From Candidatus Dadabacteria bacterium (lineage in GTDB: Bacteria > Desulfobacterota_D > UBA1144 > Nemesobacterales > CSP1-2), in assembly GCA_963805855.1 (NCBI GenBank), contig CAWDVW010000005.1:480001-544000 (forward strand): a stretch of 64,000 bases of DNA. Reading direction: 5' to 3'. The notes under the pieces are model-generated. The model had not been told where the DNA came from and ran no database searches. It saw nothing but the letters and a program-made list of their open reading frames with translations. Position numbers and translations under genes: made by a program. Shown piece after piece: positions 12,701 through 21,572 of the stretch (positions are counted from its first letter, which is position 1; each line of letters opens with the position of its first letter).

Positions 12701-13049
12701 AGAGGGCCTGAGTGTCCTGGACGAGGCGCTGGATATGGTGGACAGGAATGGAGAACGCCGATGGGAGGCAGAGCTCTATCGGCTCAAGGGAGAATTGTTA
12801 CTTGGCCTCTCTCAAGACAATCACAAGGACGTCGAAACATGTTTTTGTCAGGCTATCGATGTTGCTCGCCGTCAGAGTGCAAAGTCCTTGGAGCTGCGGG
12901 CAGTGATGAGTCTGGGACGTCTGTGGGAGAAACGGGGGAAAAAAGAAGAAGCCCGAAAAATGCTCTCCGAGATTTACGGCTGGTTCACGGAGGGATTTGA
13001 GTCCAAAGATATAAAAGAGGCAAAGGCCTTGCTAGAAGAGTTATCTTGA
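9798..13049 (+). CDS. Zinc ribbon-adenylate/guanylate cyclase-AAA ATPase-TPR multidomain protein
   Basis: CxxC..CxxC N-terminus, ERRQLTVMFCDLVGST, YLGDG, Walker A GEAGIGKS, VEDLHWVD, C-terminal TPR region ending in WFTEGF. Confidence 0.93.
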   Translation: MLCINCGFENPSGFKFCGECGTPIAKDSQELKPHKKHKDEAERRQLTVMFCDLVGSTYLSQQLDPEELRDVIKEYQGACAEVISHFDGHLAKYLGDGILVYFGYPRAHEDDANRAVRAGLEIVGVIHELPLHNTQLQQALQVRIGIHTGLVVAGEMGGGKRREPMAIVGETPNVAARLQGLAEPNTVVISGATHKLVEGFFEHKNLGMHALKGISTPMEVYQVLQESGVYSRFEAAVTKGLTPLVGREQEVGILLDRWQQAKEGRGQVVLIGGEAGIGKSRLVQMMKESLAGESHARIEVRCSPFYQNSALYPLIDNLQRVLQFSREDSSEEKLGKLEKTLEQYDFPLREVFPLFASLLSLPLPDYYPPLNLTPQKQKQKTLEAFLAWMLKEAERDPMLSVVEDLHWVDSSTLEYLSLLVERVPSSRIFALFTFHPNFSPPWPIRSHMTQIMLNRFTRKQAEVMVERGTGGKAFPAEVIQQIVNKTDGVPLFVEELTKMVLESGLLSERESYYELTGPLPSLAIPTTLQDSLMARLDRLATAKEVAQLGATLGREFTYELLQTVSPLDETTLQRELGKLVKAELLYQRGPLPQAKYFFKHSLIQQAAYQSLLKSKRQHYHQIIAQVLEEKFPETVETQPEFLAYHYTEAGSREQAIPYWQKAGQRAIERSANLEAIGHLTKGLELLKNMPETPEHTQQELTLQIALGVPLIATKGGSSPEVEKVYTRARELCKKVGETPQLFPVLFGLWRVYIGRAELQTARNLGEELLSLAQSVKDPALFLQAHHALWTTLSYLGDLSLARKHLEQGIALYHPQQYKSHAFIYGGHDPGVCCRSYLAWVLWLLGYPEQALKKSQEALKLAQDLSHPNSLAIALDSAAIVHQLCREEQAVREQAEAIIALSLEQEFRFSLALGTIMRGWALAELGQREEGITQMRQGMAAFRGTGSELGLSYTLSLLGEVFGKGGQTEEGLSVLDEALDMVDRNGERRWEAELYRLKGELLLGLSQDNHKDVETCFCQAIDVARRQSAKSLELRAVMSLGRLWEKRGKKEEARKMLSEIYGWFTEGFESKDIKEAKALLEELS

Positions 13050-13202
13050 AGCTTTGAAGAATAAAGCACAGATAGGTTGCCTAACAATCTCCCCGTACTC
13101 TATGACAATTTGTTCCGATAACCTCGGCCAAATGACAACCTAAAGCTGAGGTTCTGCGATTCTCAAACTTATTGATGTAAATTAAATCTAGAGGTCGGGG
13201 AA

Positions 13203-13358
13203 AGGCGATGTTTTACCTGTGGGTTTGACAATCCTGAAGGTATGAATTTCTGTCGCAAGTGTGCTGCGTCACTTGGACCTGGTTGTCCGAATTGCGGTTT
13301 TAAGAACCCGCCTGGGTTCGAGTATTGCGGCAAGTGCGCCGCTCCTATTTTGATGTAG
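13203..13358 (+). pseudogene. Double zinc-ribbon remnant (N-terminus of a second cyclase-AAA protein)
   Basis: Manual translation RCFTCGFDNPEGMNFCRKCAASLGPGCPNCGFKNPPGFEYCGKCAAPILM*. AGG sits where a start codon is expected. Confidence 0.75.
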
Positions 13359-13731
13359 GAACGGGAAAAGGGTATTTTTTGCAGCCTGCTATATTTGATG
13401 AAGTAGATAATAGCATGAGGATAGCTCAGGAAGAGATATTTAACCGGTATTAGCGACTATTCAATTTGAGGATTTAGATGAGGTTATACAAAAGGGAAAT
13501 GACACTATTTTTGGATTACCGGCGGCAATATGGACAAGGGATATAAAAAAGGCGCACATAGCGGCAAGAAAGCTCAAGGCGGGTACTGTTTGGATTAACA
13601 CTTATCATACTTACGATATGGGTTCATTCTTTGGCGGATACAAGATGAGCGGATTCGGAAGAGAGCTGGGGATGCAGGCGATGGATTTATACACACAGGT
13701 CAAAAGCGTATTTGTCGATTTGAATATGTAG
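13359..13731 (+). pseudogene. Aldehyde dehydrogenase C-terminal remnant, frameshifted
   Basis: GYFLQPAIF..MRIAQEEIF, frameshift at ~13441, then PVL...AGTVWINTY...FGGYKMSGFGRELG...YTQVKSV. Confidence 0.9.
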
Positions 13732-13768
13732 AGTTCAAACGCTAAGTCGGTAGGCATTGTATCATAAA

Positions 13769-13831
13769 GTGTAGCGTCGGTTCCTCAAATCTATCCACCC
13801 AAAATTACCCGTTCGGGGAACGGGCGCTACA
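13769..13831. repeat. GTAG-type REP-like palindromic element
   Basis: tgtagcg ... cccgttcggggaacggg cgctaca (nested inverted repeats). Confidence 0.55.
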
Positions 13832-13901
13832 ATTCAGAAGCTTGACAAAACCTCCAATATAACTTGATAATAAATAGAAATTCATAACTGATGACATACA
13901 G

Positions 13902-14867
13902 ATGAATTACAGAAAACTCGGGAATACGGATTTAGAGCTGTCCGAGATCGGATTTGGTTGCTGGGCCATGGGTGGAGGATGGGGGAAGACCGATGATAAG
14001 GAATCAATTGCGGCCGCAAGGCGTGCACTTGATTTAGGAATTAACTTTTTCGATACCGCGGACGTGTATGGCTTCGGGCACTCAGAAGAGGTTCTGGCCA
14101 AGGCACTGGGAAAGAATAGAAAGAATGCAATAATAGCTACAAAGGGAGGGCTCGTTTGGGATGAACATGGCTGCCTTTTCAGGGCCAGTTCGAGGCATCA
14201 CCTAATTAATGCAGTGGACGCGAGCCTGAAGAGACTTAAAACCGACTACATAGATCTTTATCAAATTCACTGGCCCGACCCAAACACAACATTCGAAGTA
14301 ACAATGAAGGTAATGGATGATTTGGTTAAATCGGGCAAGGTACGCTACGTAGGGGTTTCAAACTTTACAAGAAAACAGATGAAGGAATGCCTGAAAGTCA
14401 GACAAATAAACTCCCTCCAGCCACCGTATAATATGTTTATGAGGGATATTGAAAAGGACTTTTCGTTCTGTAAGGGGAACGGAATAGGTATCGTAACCTA
14501 CGGTCCACTTGCCTATGGACTTTTAACAGGGAAATTCACAAAAGAAACAAAGTTCCCCGATACCGATTGGCGATCGGGAAGGCTATTCCCCGACCCGGGT
14601 GACTGGCAGGCGCATATCGACATCTTTCACGGAAGCCATTTTAAAAGAAATCTCGGAATCGTAGAAAAACTTAAAAAGATAGCACAAGAGCTTGGAAAGA
14701 CAGTCGGACAGTTGTCGATAGCATGGGTTTTATCCAATCCAGAAGTCACTTCAGCAATCGTTGGTGCAAAGAGGCCTTCCCAACTAGAACAAAACGTCGG
14801 CGGAGCAGGCTGGAAAATCCCTAAAGATGAAAAAACGAAAATCAACGAACTATTAAATCTAAAATAA
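13902..14867 (+). CDS. Aldo/keto reductase
   Basis: GINFFDTADVYG, IATKGG, DYIDLYQIHWPD, GKVRYVGVSNF. Confidence 0.95.
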   Translation: MNYRKLGNTDLELSEIGFGCWAMGGGWGKTDDKESIAAARRALDLGINFFDTADVYGFGHSEEVLAKALGKNRKNAIIATKGGLVWDEHGCLFRASSRHHLINAVDASLKRLKTDYIDLYQIHWPDPNTTFEVTMKVMDDLVKSGKVRYVGVSNFTRKQMKECLKVRQINSLQPPYNMFMRDIEKDFSFCKGNGIGIVTYGPLAYGLLTGKFTKETKFPDTDWRSGRLFPDPGDWQAHIDIFHGSHFKRNLGIVEKLKKIAQELGKTVGQLSIAWVLSNPEVTSAIVGAKRPSQLEQNVGGAGWKIPKDEKTKINELLNLK

Positions 14868-15031
14868 TTAGCCAATCACTACACCTAGTCATTAAAGAAA
14901 AATCGTCTATAAATCGAAAGAAGTTGGAAACCCGCAGAATTCCGCTACAATTAAAGTAAATATATGTAGAAGAAAACTTCAGCATTCCAATCAAAATCTA
15001 CAAAACTATCGCCAAATCGGAGGGAATTAAG

Positions 15032-15754
15032 ATGTCAAAGAAATCATATCTTGTTCTATTGTGCCTTGTACTTAGCTTACTAATAAGCAGCGTCGCATTT
15101 TCGCAAACTGTAAATAACGAGAAAAATACGCTCCAAGTAAATGGAAAAGGCGCAGTTACCGCAAAGCCCGATAAAGCTAACCTCACAATTTCAGTCGATA
15201 CGACAAATCTAAATGCCTCAACTGCGGTAAAGGAAAACGCGGAAAAAATGAATAAGGTTATGGAAAAACTGAAATCTCAGACAGGAAAAAATGATAAAAT
15301 TTCTACAACAGGCTATAACCTTTCGCCCATCTACACATATGACGAAAAAACGAGAAAATCAGAGCTGTCAGGTTACCGGGTGTCCAACAGCATTATCGTC
15401 GAATCGAAGAATCTTGAAGTTATCGGCAAGTCAATCGATTCTGCAACCCAGGCCGGAGCGAACCGAATCGATAGCCTTAGCTTTGACACAGACAAAAAAG
15501 ACGAGTACAGAAGGCAGGCTCTGGTAAAGGCGGTACAGGATGCAAGGGAGACGGCAGACATTGTAGCCAAAGCCGCCGGTGTAACAATAGTTAAAATTAT
15601 CCAGATCTCCCCGTCTTACGAAATTCCCATACCGGTCTATAGGGAGTTTGCTTTAACTGCCAGAGAAGCCGGTGCCGCACCTCCGCCAACACAAATCGAA
15701 CCGGGCGAACTTACCGTTAATGCATCAGTCAATATAGTATTTGAGATTCAGTAA
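15032..15754 (+). CDS. SIMPL (DUF541) domain exported protein
   Basis: Signal peptide, VNGKGAVTAKPD, GANRIDSLSF, IEPGELTVNASVNIVF. Confidence 0.9.
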   Translation: MSKKSYLVLLCLVLSLLISSVAFSQTVNNEKNTLQVNGKGAVTAKPDKANLTISVDTTNLNASTAVKENAEKMNKVMEKLKSQTGKNDKISTTGYNLSPIYTYDEKTRKSELSGYRVSNSIIVESKNLEVIGKSIDSATQAGANRIDSLSFDTDKKDEYRRQALVKAVQDARETADIVAKAAGVTIVKIIQISPSYEIPIPVYREFALTAREAGAAPPPTQIEPGELTVNASVNIVFEIQ

Positions 15755-15762
15755 ACTTCTAC

Positions 15763-16104
15763 TCAAGCCACGGGCTTGCACTCATCGCAGGTACACAGCT
15801 CTCTGAGAAACTCGAACGTATATATTCCGGTTTCGTGTCGGTCGTTCCATTTAAATCTGATGGCGTAGAGACCTATATCCTCAATTTCATCTGGCCTTAT
15901 ACTTGTTGACCCCACTCCGATCGGGATCGTCTTCCTAAACGAGGATCTACCCTTCCCTCCTGACTTGCCCGATCCACTGCAAGAGGCGCAGGGACAAGCA
16001 TTTCTGAGATCTTCGTAGAGATATAAACTCTCGTGCCCATCATTCCAGACAATCAGTAATGTGGTATCGCTGAATTCGGATATCTCTTTTGGTTTGGGTT
16101 CCAT
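15763..16104 (-). CDS. DUF971 (GBBH-like N-terminal) protein
   Basis: WNDGHES, LRNACPCASC, GLYAIRFKWNDRHETGIYTF. Confidence 0.9.
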   Translation of the reverse strand: MEPKPKEISEFSDTTLLIVWNDGHESLYLYEDLRNACPCASCSGSGKSGGKGRSSFRKTIPIGVGSTSIRPDEIEDIGLYAIRFKWNDRHETGIYTFEFLRELCTCDECKPVA

Positions 16105-16233
16105 TGGAGCTAATTATAAAAAGCTTCCTTGAAATTATGCGACTATTTTACCAGATTTGCTTATTCAGTTTTCGCGCCTTCCTAACGAACAGCCTATAAG
16201 ATCCTGACTTTACTCGTTCTTCCCAATTCATAG

Positions 16234-16715
16234 GAATGAAAAACCCTGCAGCAAGTTGCAGAGTATCATAATAGAAACCAGAAGTCTCAGATGTCATTGG
16301 TGTAGATGTTAGATATTTCATGGACAAAATCCTACAAATAATATATTTCCTGGGAATTTGCTCAACCGTCATCCTCGAATGCTTTTATCGGGGATCCATT
16401 CTTTAATCTTTTATTTTCTTTGTCTTGATACAAAGAAACAACCCTTCGACATCGCTCAGGAGAAGGACTTACAAAGCCGTGTCATATCGAGCGAAGGCGA
16501 GATATCTATCTTTTTTTATAAATAAAGTTCTCTCAGTCACTTTGTTCCTTCGAGATGACCGTAATGATTGTCACTTTTTTTAACGCTTCCGGAATTGATT
16601 TTGGGAATTTTTTGAATGCCCATTTAAGATCTAAGATACTGTCCCCGAATTATGTAACATCTACAGCAATGACAGGCGATGGGAAACCCTGTAGCAAGCT
16701 ACAGGGAATTCACTA
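16234..16715. mobile_element. Putative non-autonomous IS200/IS605-type hairpin-bounded element containing REP-like repeats
   Basis: Same-orientation hairpins accctgcagcaagttgcagagt (16243-16264) and aaaccctgtagcaagctacagggaat (16684-16709). No transposase between them. Confidence 0.45.
16368..16398. repeat. REP-like family B (gtcatccYcga...tcggggatcca)
   Basis: Near-identical copy at 46217-46247 and a partial copy from 49355. Confidence 0.75.
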
Positions 16716-16871
16716 ATTAAAGATAAAATTCGCACATTACCAAAAATTGGCTAACCGACACAATCGAACTCAACTGAGATTATACGTTCTTTCACCAGTA
16801 ATGACAAAATTTGATAAGCAATCCATCAACCATTTGAAGATTTGATCTCTAAATTGTATAATCGATAACGG

Positions 16872-17630
16872 ATGGAAAAAGACGTAGACGTAATTGACAC
16901 GGTAACCAACTGGCTAAAGGAATCAAAAAAAATCATTGCTCTTACAGGGGCCGAACTCTCAATCGAATCGGGGTTGCCAGATTTTTCGGATCCTAGGCTA
17001 AATCCTCATATAAGAGAATTTCGCGAAAATAGAGATGTAAGGGCTCAATACTGGAAGAAGATTGGGGAGATCTACCCTATGCTCTCAAAGGCGAAACCGA
17101 ATCCTGCGCACGAGGCATTGGCGGAGCTCGAAATGTTAGGGAACCTCGATTGTATTTTCACCCAGACTACAGACGGACTACATCATAAAGCCGGCAGTTC
17201 GGTAGTCATTGAGCTTCATAGTACCATATTATGGATTACATGCACCAGTTGTGGAAAGGACTACCCATTGGAATGGATTCAAAATGTTCTCGACAAAGGA
17301 AAAGATATACCCGAGTGCGAGCAATGCGGTAAAGACACTTTAAAGCCACCGATTTCATTTCCTGGTCAGCCACTCCCCCATTGGGAAGTTAGAGAGGCCT
17401 GGATGAGGCTGAGGAATTGTGATCTCCTTTTAGTCGTAGGAGCATCTCTAGACGTTTCACCAATTTCATCACTTCCTACAGTTGCTTCCGAGGGTGGTGC
17501 AAAGGTTGTGATCATAAGCGAGAGGCAGAGCCCTTGGGATGATTTTGCAGATGCAGTTATCTATGGAAAACCCAGCCAGGTTCTTCCATTCCTGGTTGCT
17601 AAATTAAAAAAAGGTATAGCACTAGCTTAG
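16872..17630 (+). CDS. Sir2/CobB-family protein with divergent NAD-binding motifs
   Basis: Sirtuin layout with PNPAH, catalytic His (ELHS) and CxxC..CxxC zinc site. Several NAD motifs are altered. Confidence 0.85.
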   Translation: MEKDVDVIDTVTNWLKESKKIIALTGAELSIESGLPDFSDPRLNPHIREFRENRDVRAQYWKKIGEIYPMLSKAKPNPAHEALAELEMLGNLDCIFTQTTDGLHHKAGSSVVIELHSTILWITCTSCGKDYPLEWIQNVLDKGKDIPECEQCGKDTLKPPISFPGQPLPHWEVREAWMRLRNCDLLLVVGASLDVSPISSLPTVASEGGAKVVIISERQSPWDDFADAVIYGKPSQVLPFLVAKLKKGIALA

Positions 17631-17726
17631 GTATCCCATAAGTTGTGAAGAGATCTGATGTCCTATATTCTTGATTAGTTTCCTGGCATATGTACATTTA
17701 ATTCAATTGGATCTTCTAAGACAACT

Positions 17727-19214
17727 ATGGCTGAGAAAAGTAGACCAATCGGCGACGAAATAAAACAATACGTATCAAACCTCGATAGGGACATATACAC
17801 GGTAGGTAATATCCCCGAAGAGGTGATAGCCGTAATTTTTGCCTACGTTAGCAGGAGTCCAAAGAGCTTCAGAGACAACATCATGACCGTGATTCAGGAA
17901 GAGCAACTCGGCCGGGAGAGAGCTAGCGAGTTCCATGAAAAGTGGGTTCTTAACTACGGCCACGCCTCGGTGGCTGAGCACGCCGCGGTTCACATCGGAA
18001 TTGAAAGGGTCTCACGTCTCTTCTCTTCACTGCTTGAACTTTCGAACGAGTATCTGTCCTTCACAGAATACTCTCAGAGATACCAGAAACCAGAAAAAGG
18101 GGATTTTTACGTACCGGAAGAAATAAATAAAGTTCCCTCGCTTCTCAACGAATATATCGAACTAAATAACGAACTCTATGATACTTATACGAAGATTAAT
18201 GATAATCTTTTTGAGTTTCTAAAGATGAGTTCCCCAGTCCCGCAAGGCAAGGAAGAAAAAGCCCATCTTAGAGCAATTGAAAAAATAGCCTTCGAGGACG
18301 CAAGATATGCACTGACTCTTGCAACCCTGACAAATTTGGGTATGACAGCAAATGCGCGCGCAATCGAAGATACTCTCACTAAGCTGTTATCGAATAAATA
18401 CCCTGAGGCGAGAAGAAGAGCTAAGGAAATAAAGGAAGAGGTGAGATTCTCCGTCCCTACGCTTGTAAAATATGCCGACGAAAATAAATACATCAGCGAA
18501 ACCAACCAACAACTAGACCATATTGCTAGTTCCTATATTAGCTTAGTCCACAGCAATAAAAGACATGCACCTGGAGTAAAGCTGCTGGATTGGACCGGGA
18601 AAGACATGCCTAATGCCGAAGAAAGTGCGATTACGAAGATGATAAATGCAATTCTATTTGAGCATTCAGACCTCAGATACGAGGACATTGTAATATCAAC
18701 GAAGCCGAATCATCTTCAGAACAACTTGCTTATTCTCAGAGAGGCAATTGAAAACCTCGGAAAGTTCGATAATCCAATAAATGCTTTTAGACTGATAAAT
18801 TATGAAGCAGAGTTCACGATAAGCGAGGCTTGTTGGCACCAGCTCCTCAGACACAGGAGAGTAAACTGGTTCTATAAGGATCCGAGTGTTTCAAATGGAA
18901 TCACAATTCCACCAAATATCGAAGAGTCTGGATCAAGCGGGCTTCTTGAGGAAGCAACAAGCAGGAGTGAAGCTCTGTTTGAAAAATTAATGAATGAGGA
19001 CCTTGCACAAGTGGCAAGCTATGTAGTAACAAATGCTCATAACAGGCGCGTATTAGGCAATTTCGATCTATGGGAGCTCTATCATTTAATAAACCTCAGG
19101 ATGTCAGAGGGAGCCCAATGGGACATCAAAAATGTCATAGGTCTGCTTGCAACAGAAGTAAGCAAGTTTCATCCGAATTTAGTGGAACCAGCCCTAAAAA
19201 GAGTGAAGTCTTAA
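17727..19214 (+). CDS. thyX: FAD-dependent thymidylate synthase, tandem two-domain form
   Basis: YGHASVAEH, EYSQRY, EDARYAL in domain 1. HQLLRHR and LRMSEGAQWDI in domain 2. Confidence 0.88.
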   Translation: MAEKSRPIGDEIKQYVSNLDRDIYTVGNIPEEVIAVIFAYVSRSPKSFRDNIMTVIQEEQLGRERASEFHEKWVLNYGHASVAEHAAVHIGIERVSRLFSSLLELSNEYLSFTEYSQRYQKPEKGDFYVPEEINKVPSLLNEYIELNNELYDTYTKINDNLFEFLKMSSPVPQGKEEKAHLRAIEKIAFEDARYALTLATLTNLGMTANARAIEDTLTKLLSNKYPEARRRAKEIKEEVRFSVPTLVKYADENKYISETNQQLDHIASSYISLVHSNKRHAPGVKLLDWTGKDMPNAEESAITKMINAILFEHSDLRYEDIVISTKPNHLQNNLLILREAIENLGKFDNPINAFRLINYEAEFTISEACWHQLLRHRRVNWFYKDPSVSNGITIPPNIEESGSSGLLEEATSRSEALFEKLMNEDLAQVASYVVTNAHNRRVLGNFDLWELYHLINLRMSEGAQWDIKNVIGLLATEVSKFHPNLVEPALKRVKS

Positions 19215-19253
19215 TTAGGCTAGAATATTTTGGGACAAAGTAACACTGGCAGA

Positions 19254-19439
19254 ATGACTATTACAAAATGCGATGAATGTGGATACGAAATCAGCATAAA
19301 GACTGATACTTGCCCTAACTGTGGAGATAGAATAACGAGAAAGGTGAGCACCGTTTGGGCTATAGCTAGAAGGTTTATACTAATTATATTTGCTATTTAT
19401 ATCTTCATTTCCGCTATAAAGTATCTTAACTTTAATTAA
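19254..19439 (+). CDS. Small zinc-ribbon membrane protein
   Basis: CDECG..CPNCG followed by a hydrophobic C-terminal helix. Confidence 0.65.
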   Translation: MTITKCDECGYEISIKTDTCPNCGDRITRKVSTVWAIARRFILIIFAIYIFISAIKYLNFN

Positions 19440-19471
19440 TACCTGATCGCCAAAGATCCTTTTCAAGAAGA

Positions 19472-20272
19472 TCAATAGAGTGTTTTAATCTCAACCCGTG
19501 GGTGTGGGTGAAAAGGATTCATGATGTCGACAATTATAAGGAAGATAAGAGCTCCGACGGGGAGAAGTAACGAACCCAGGTTCCACCAGTATTTTGCTAA
19601 GCTACCCATACTGGCTCCGATAATATAAGCAGACCACATACAACCTGATAGAAAAGAATATCGAAAAGAGTCCTGACTTATAGATACGCGCAGAACCTTA
19701 GACATCCGACCAATAGATCTCCCTTTCGTATGATCACGAAGCCAGTAAAGAAACCTCACCCCCTCCTCGGCAAAGCTGTTTAAAACGCCTGTAACATAAG
19801 TTGTGTGAAGACCGTAGCTCCCGATTCGACGGATTGTCGCGTTCTGGAGTCCCATTGACAATAGAGGCAATGAAGCCAGCAAGTAAAATTTCCACGCTGT
19901 GTCGGTTTCTATATATCCATGACCTGTTGACCGCATGCCGAATGACATAAATAAAAAAAGAAGAAAAGCCTCTATTCCCAGCACAAGAGAATAGCTCGAC
20001 TTTAAGCCCCGTCTTATACACGTCTCACTTAGAATCCTGCCCGCGGCTATGCCAATGACAAATACCGGGATAGGAAAAAAATGGTGGAATGCTAAATTCC
20101 AATTACCCTGACCTACATAAGCGCCCAATGCCGCGCTGTTTCCGCTCATATGAGCTACGAACATATGAAACAATACAAGAAAACCGATCGCATCCACGCT
20201 TCCTCCAACCCAAGACAGGAGAAATGCGGGCCAGGCGCCTATGTGCTTCTGTGAACTCCTAGTTTGTTCCAA
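19472..20272 (-). CDS. YoaK/DUF1275 family membrane protein
   Basis: GGSVDAIGF, FVAHMSGN, MGLQNA, TTYVTG. SD aggagg before a TTG start. Confidence 0.9.
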   Translation of the reverse strand: MEQTRSSQKHIGAWPAFLLSWVGGSVDAIGFLVLFHMFVAHMSGNSAALGAYVGQGNWNLAFHHFFPIPVFVIGIAAGRILSETCIRRGLKSSYSLVLGIEAFLLFLFMSFGMRSTGHGYIETDTAWKFYLLASLPLLSMGLQNATIRRIGSYGLHTTYVTGVLNSFAEEGVRFLYWLRDHTKGRSIGRMSKVLRVSISQDSFRYSFLSGCMWSAYIIGASMGSLAKYWWNLGSLLLPVGALIFLIIVDIMNPFHPHPRVEIKTLY

Positions 20273-20476
20273 TACAGTTCCTCCTAATAAAAAGGTTCAC
20301 CGGGCGGTTTTATTTTTTGGATCTTAAATCTCTAACAATTTAATGATTAGCAGGCTTTCTGTGAGAAATCAATGACTTATCAGCATCCCACAGTCTTGGA
20401 TAAGAACGTCCTACAGAAATAGTCTAAGATGTTAAAGTGGGATGGTATTGGGTCTAGAACCAAAAAAACGAACTCG

Positions 20477-21496
20477 TCAAATTAAATTGTTTATCTCTGG
20501 CAATTCGATCAAACTTATCCCGGCGGTTCGAATCAGTTCTTTTATCTCATCGCGTGGGATCGAATCAGTTATGATGTGATTAGCCCTCCCGCCGAGTTCG
20601 TCCCTCAATAGACGAGGATCGCCACTTCTGTTCTTTTCTAAATGTTTTGAGAGTATCTCCTCAAGTCCGCGCTGCGTTTCATAAATTATAGTTGGTTTCA
20701 CTTCAAGTATGTCTTCAAAGAAAGCTTCCCTCGTCTCTGCCACAACCATTCTGAATCCGATATAAATGGCAAGATAGTTTATTAGCTTTTCATATGGACT
20801 GACCGAGGGTAGATAAGAGTACGTTTGTTCTTCCTCGTTAAGATTAAAAAGTCTTTCCGAAGCACACTTCAGAGACTCAATGATACCTTGATGAGTAATT
20901 TCCCTCTTTCCACCGGCCGCTTGCGAGCCGTGTTTGTAAAATACGCAGGCTACACTTTTTGATAGCACATTGCTTGCAATCTTTCTTAAATCATCTTCAA
21001 GCTGTTTTCTCTTTAGCATCCCAAATTTAATAAGACTCTTAAATTGAATAACCCTGCCATCATTTCCCCCCTCAGCTCCAGAAAATACTACTATCTTCTT
21101 CAAATTCGACATTCTCTCGGATACAGCTAAGACATTGTTTAAACCACTGGCATCTTCAACGAAAATGAACTTAACGTCATAATCCTTAGCAATTTCAGGA
21201 ATTCTTTCCGCAGCCCCATTTCTAACGATGGGGATCATTACTCCGCCGAGATGATAAACTGCAAATTCAGTGACAAGCGATTCTATCCTATTCCCTGAAA
21301 TGATTAGAACCGCATCACCGTGATTGAAATCCAAATCCAATAGAAAACAGGCGACACTTTTTACATCTCTATCGAAATCAAGCCAGGTGATCTGCTTCCA
21401 GCTCCAACCATCCTTCCTCTGTAACAATAACTTTCCGCTATATTTGCTGATTCGATTGTCGATGAGCTTGGGAATCGTTGTTTCAGATTCAGTCAT
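20477..21496 (-). CDS. AMP-binding (long-chain acyl-CoA synthetase-like) protein, shortened and degenerate
   Basis: WKQITW, GDAVLIISGNRIE, SYLP, DILEVKPT match the ACSL N-terminal part. No YTSGTTG loop and no C-terminal domain. Confidence 0.7.
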   Translation of the reverse strand: MTESETTIPKLIDNRISKYSGKLLLQRKDGWSWKQITWLDFDRDVKSVACFLLDLDFNHGDAVLIISGNRIESLVTEFAVYHLGGVMIPIVRNGAAERIPEIAKDYDVKFIFVEDASGLNNVLAVSERMSNLKKIVVFSGAEGGNDGRVIQFKSLIKFGMLKRKQLEDDLRKIASNVLSKSVACVFYKHGSQAAGGKREITHQGIIESLKCASERLFNLNEEEQTYSYLPSVSPYEKLINYLAIYIGFRMVVAETREAFFEDILEVKPTIIYETQRGLEEILSKHLEKNRSGDPRLLRDELGGRANHIITDSIPRDEIKELIRTAGISLIELPEINNLI

Positions 21497-21572
21497 ATTT
21501 CGCCAACTTAGTTAAGAGTAGTTACGTCAGGTAAAGTATTACAATATACATAAGAACTATATAATTAAAACC

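Noticed and set aside
16148-16372. 74-aa ORF
   Set aside because: Reads through a palindromic repeat hairpin and has no protein features.
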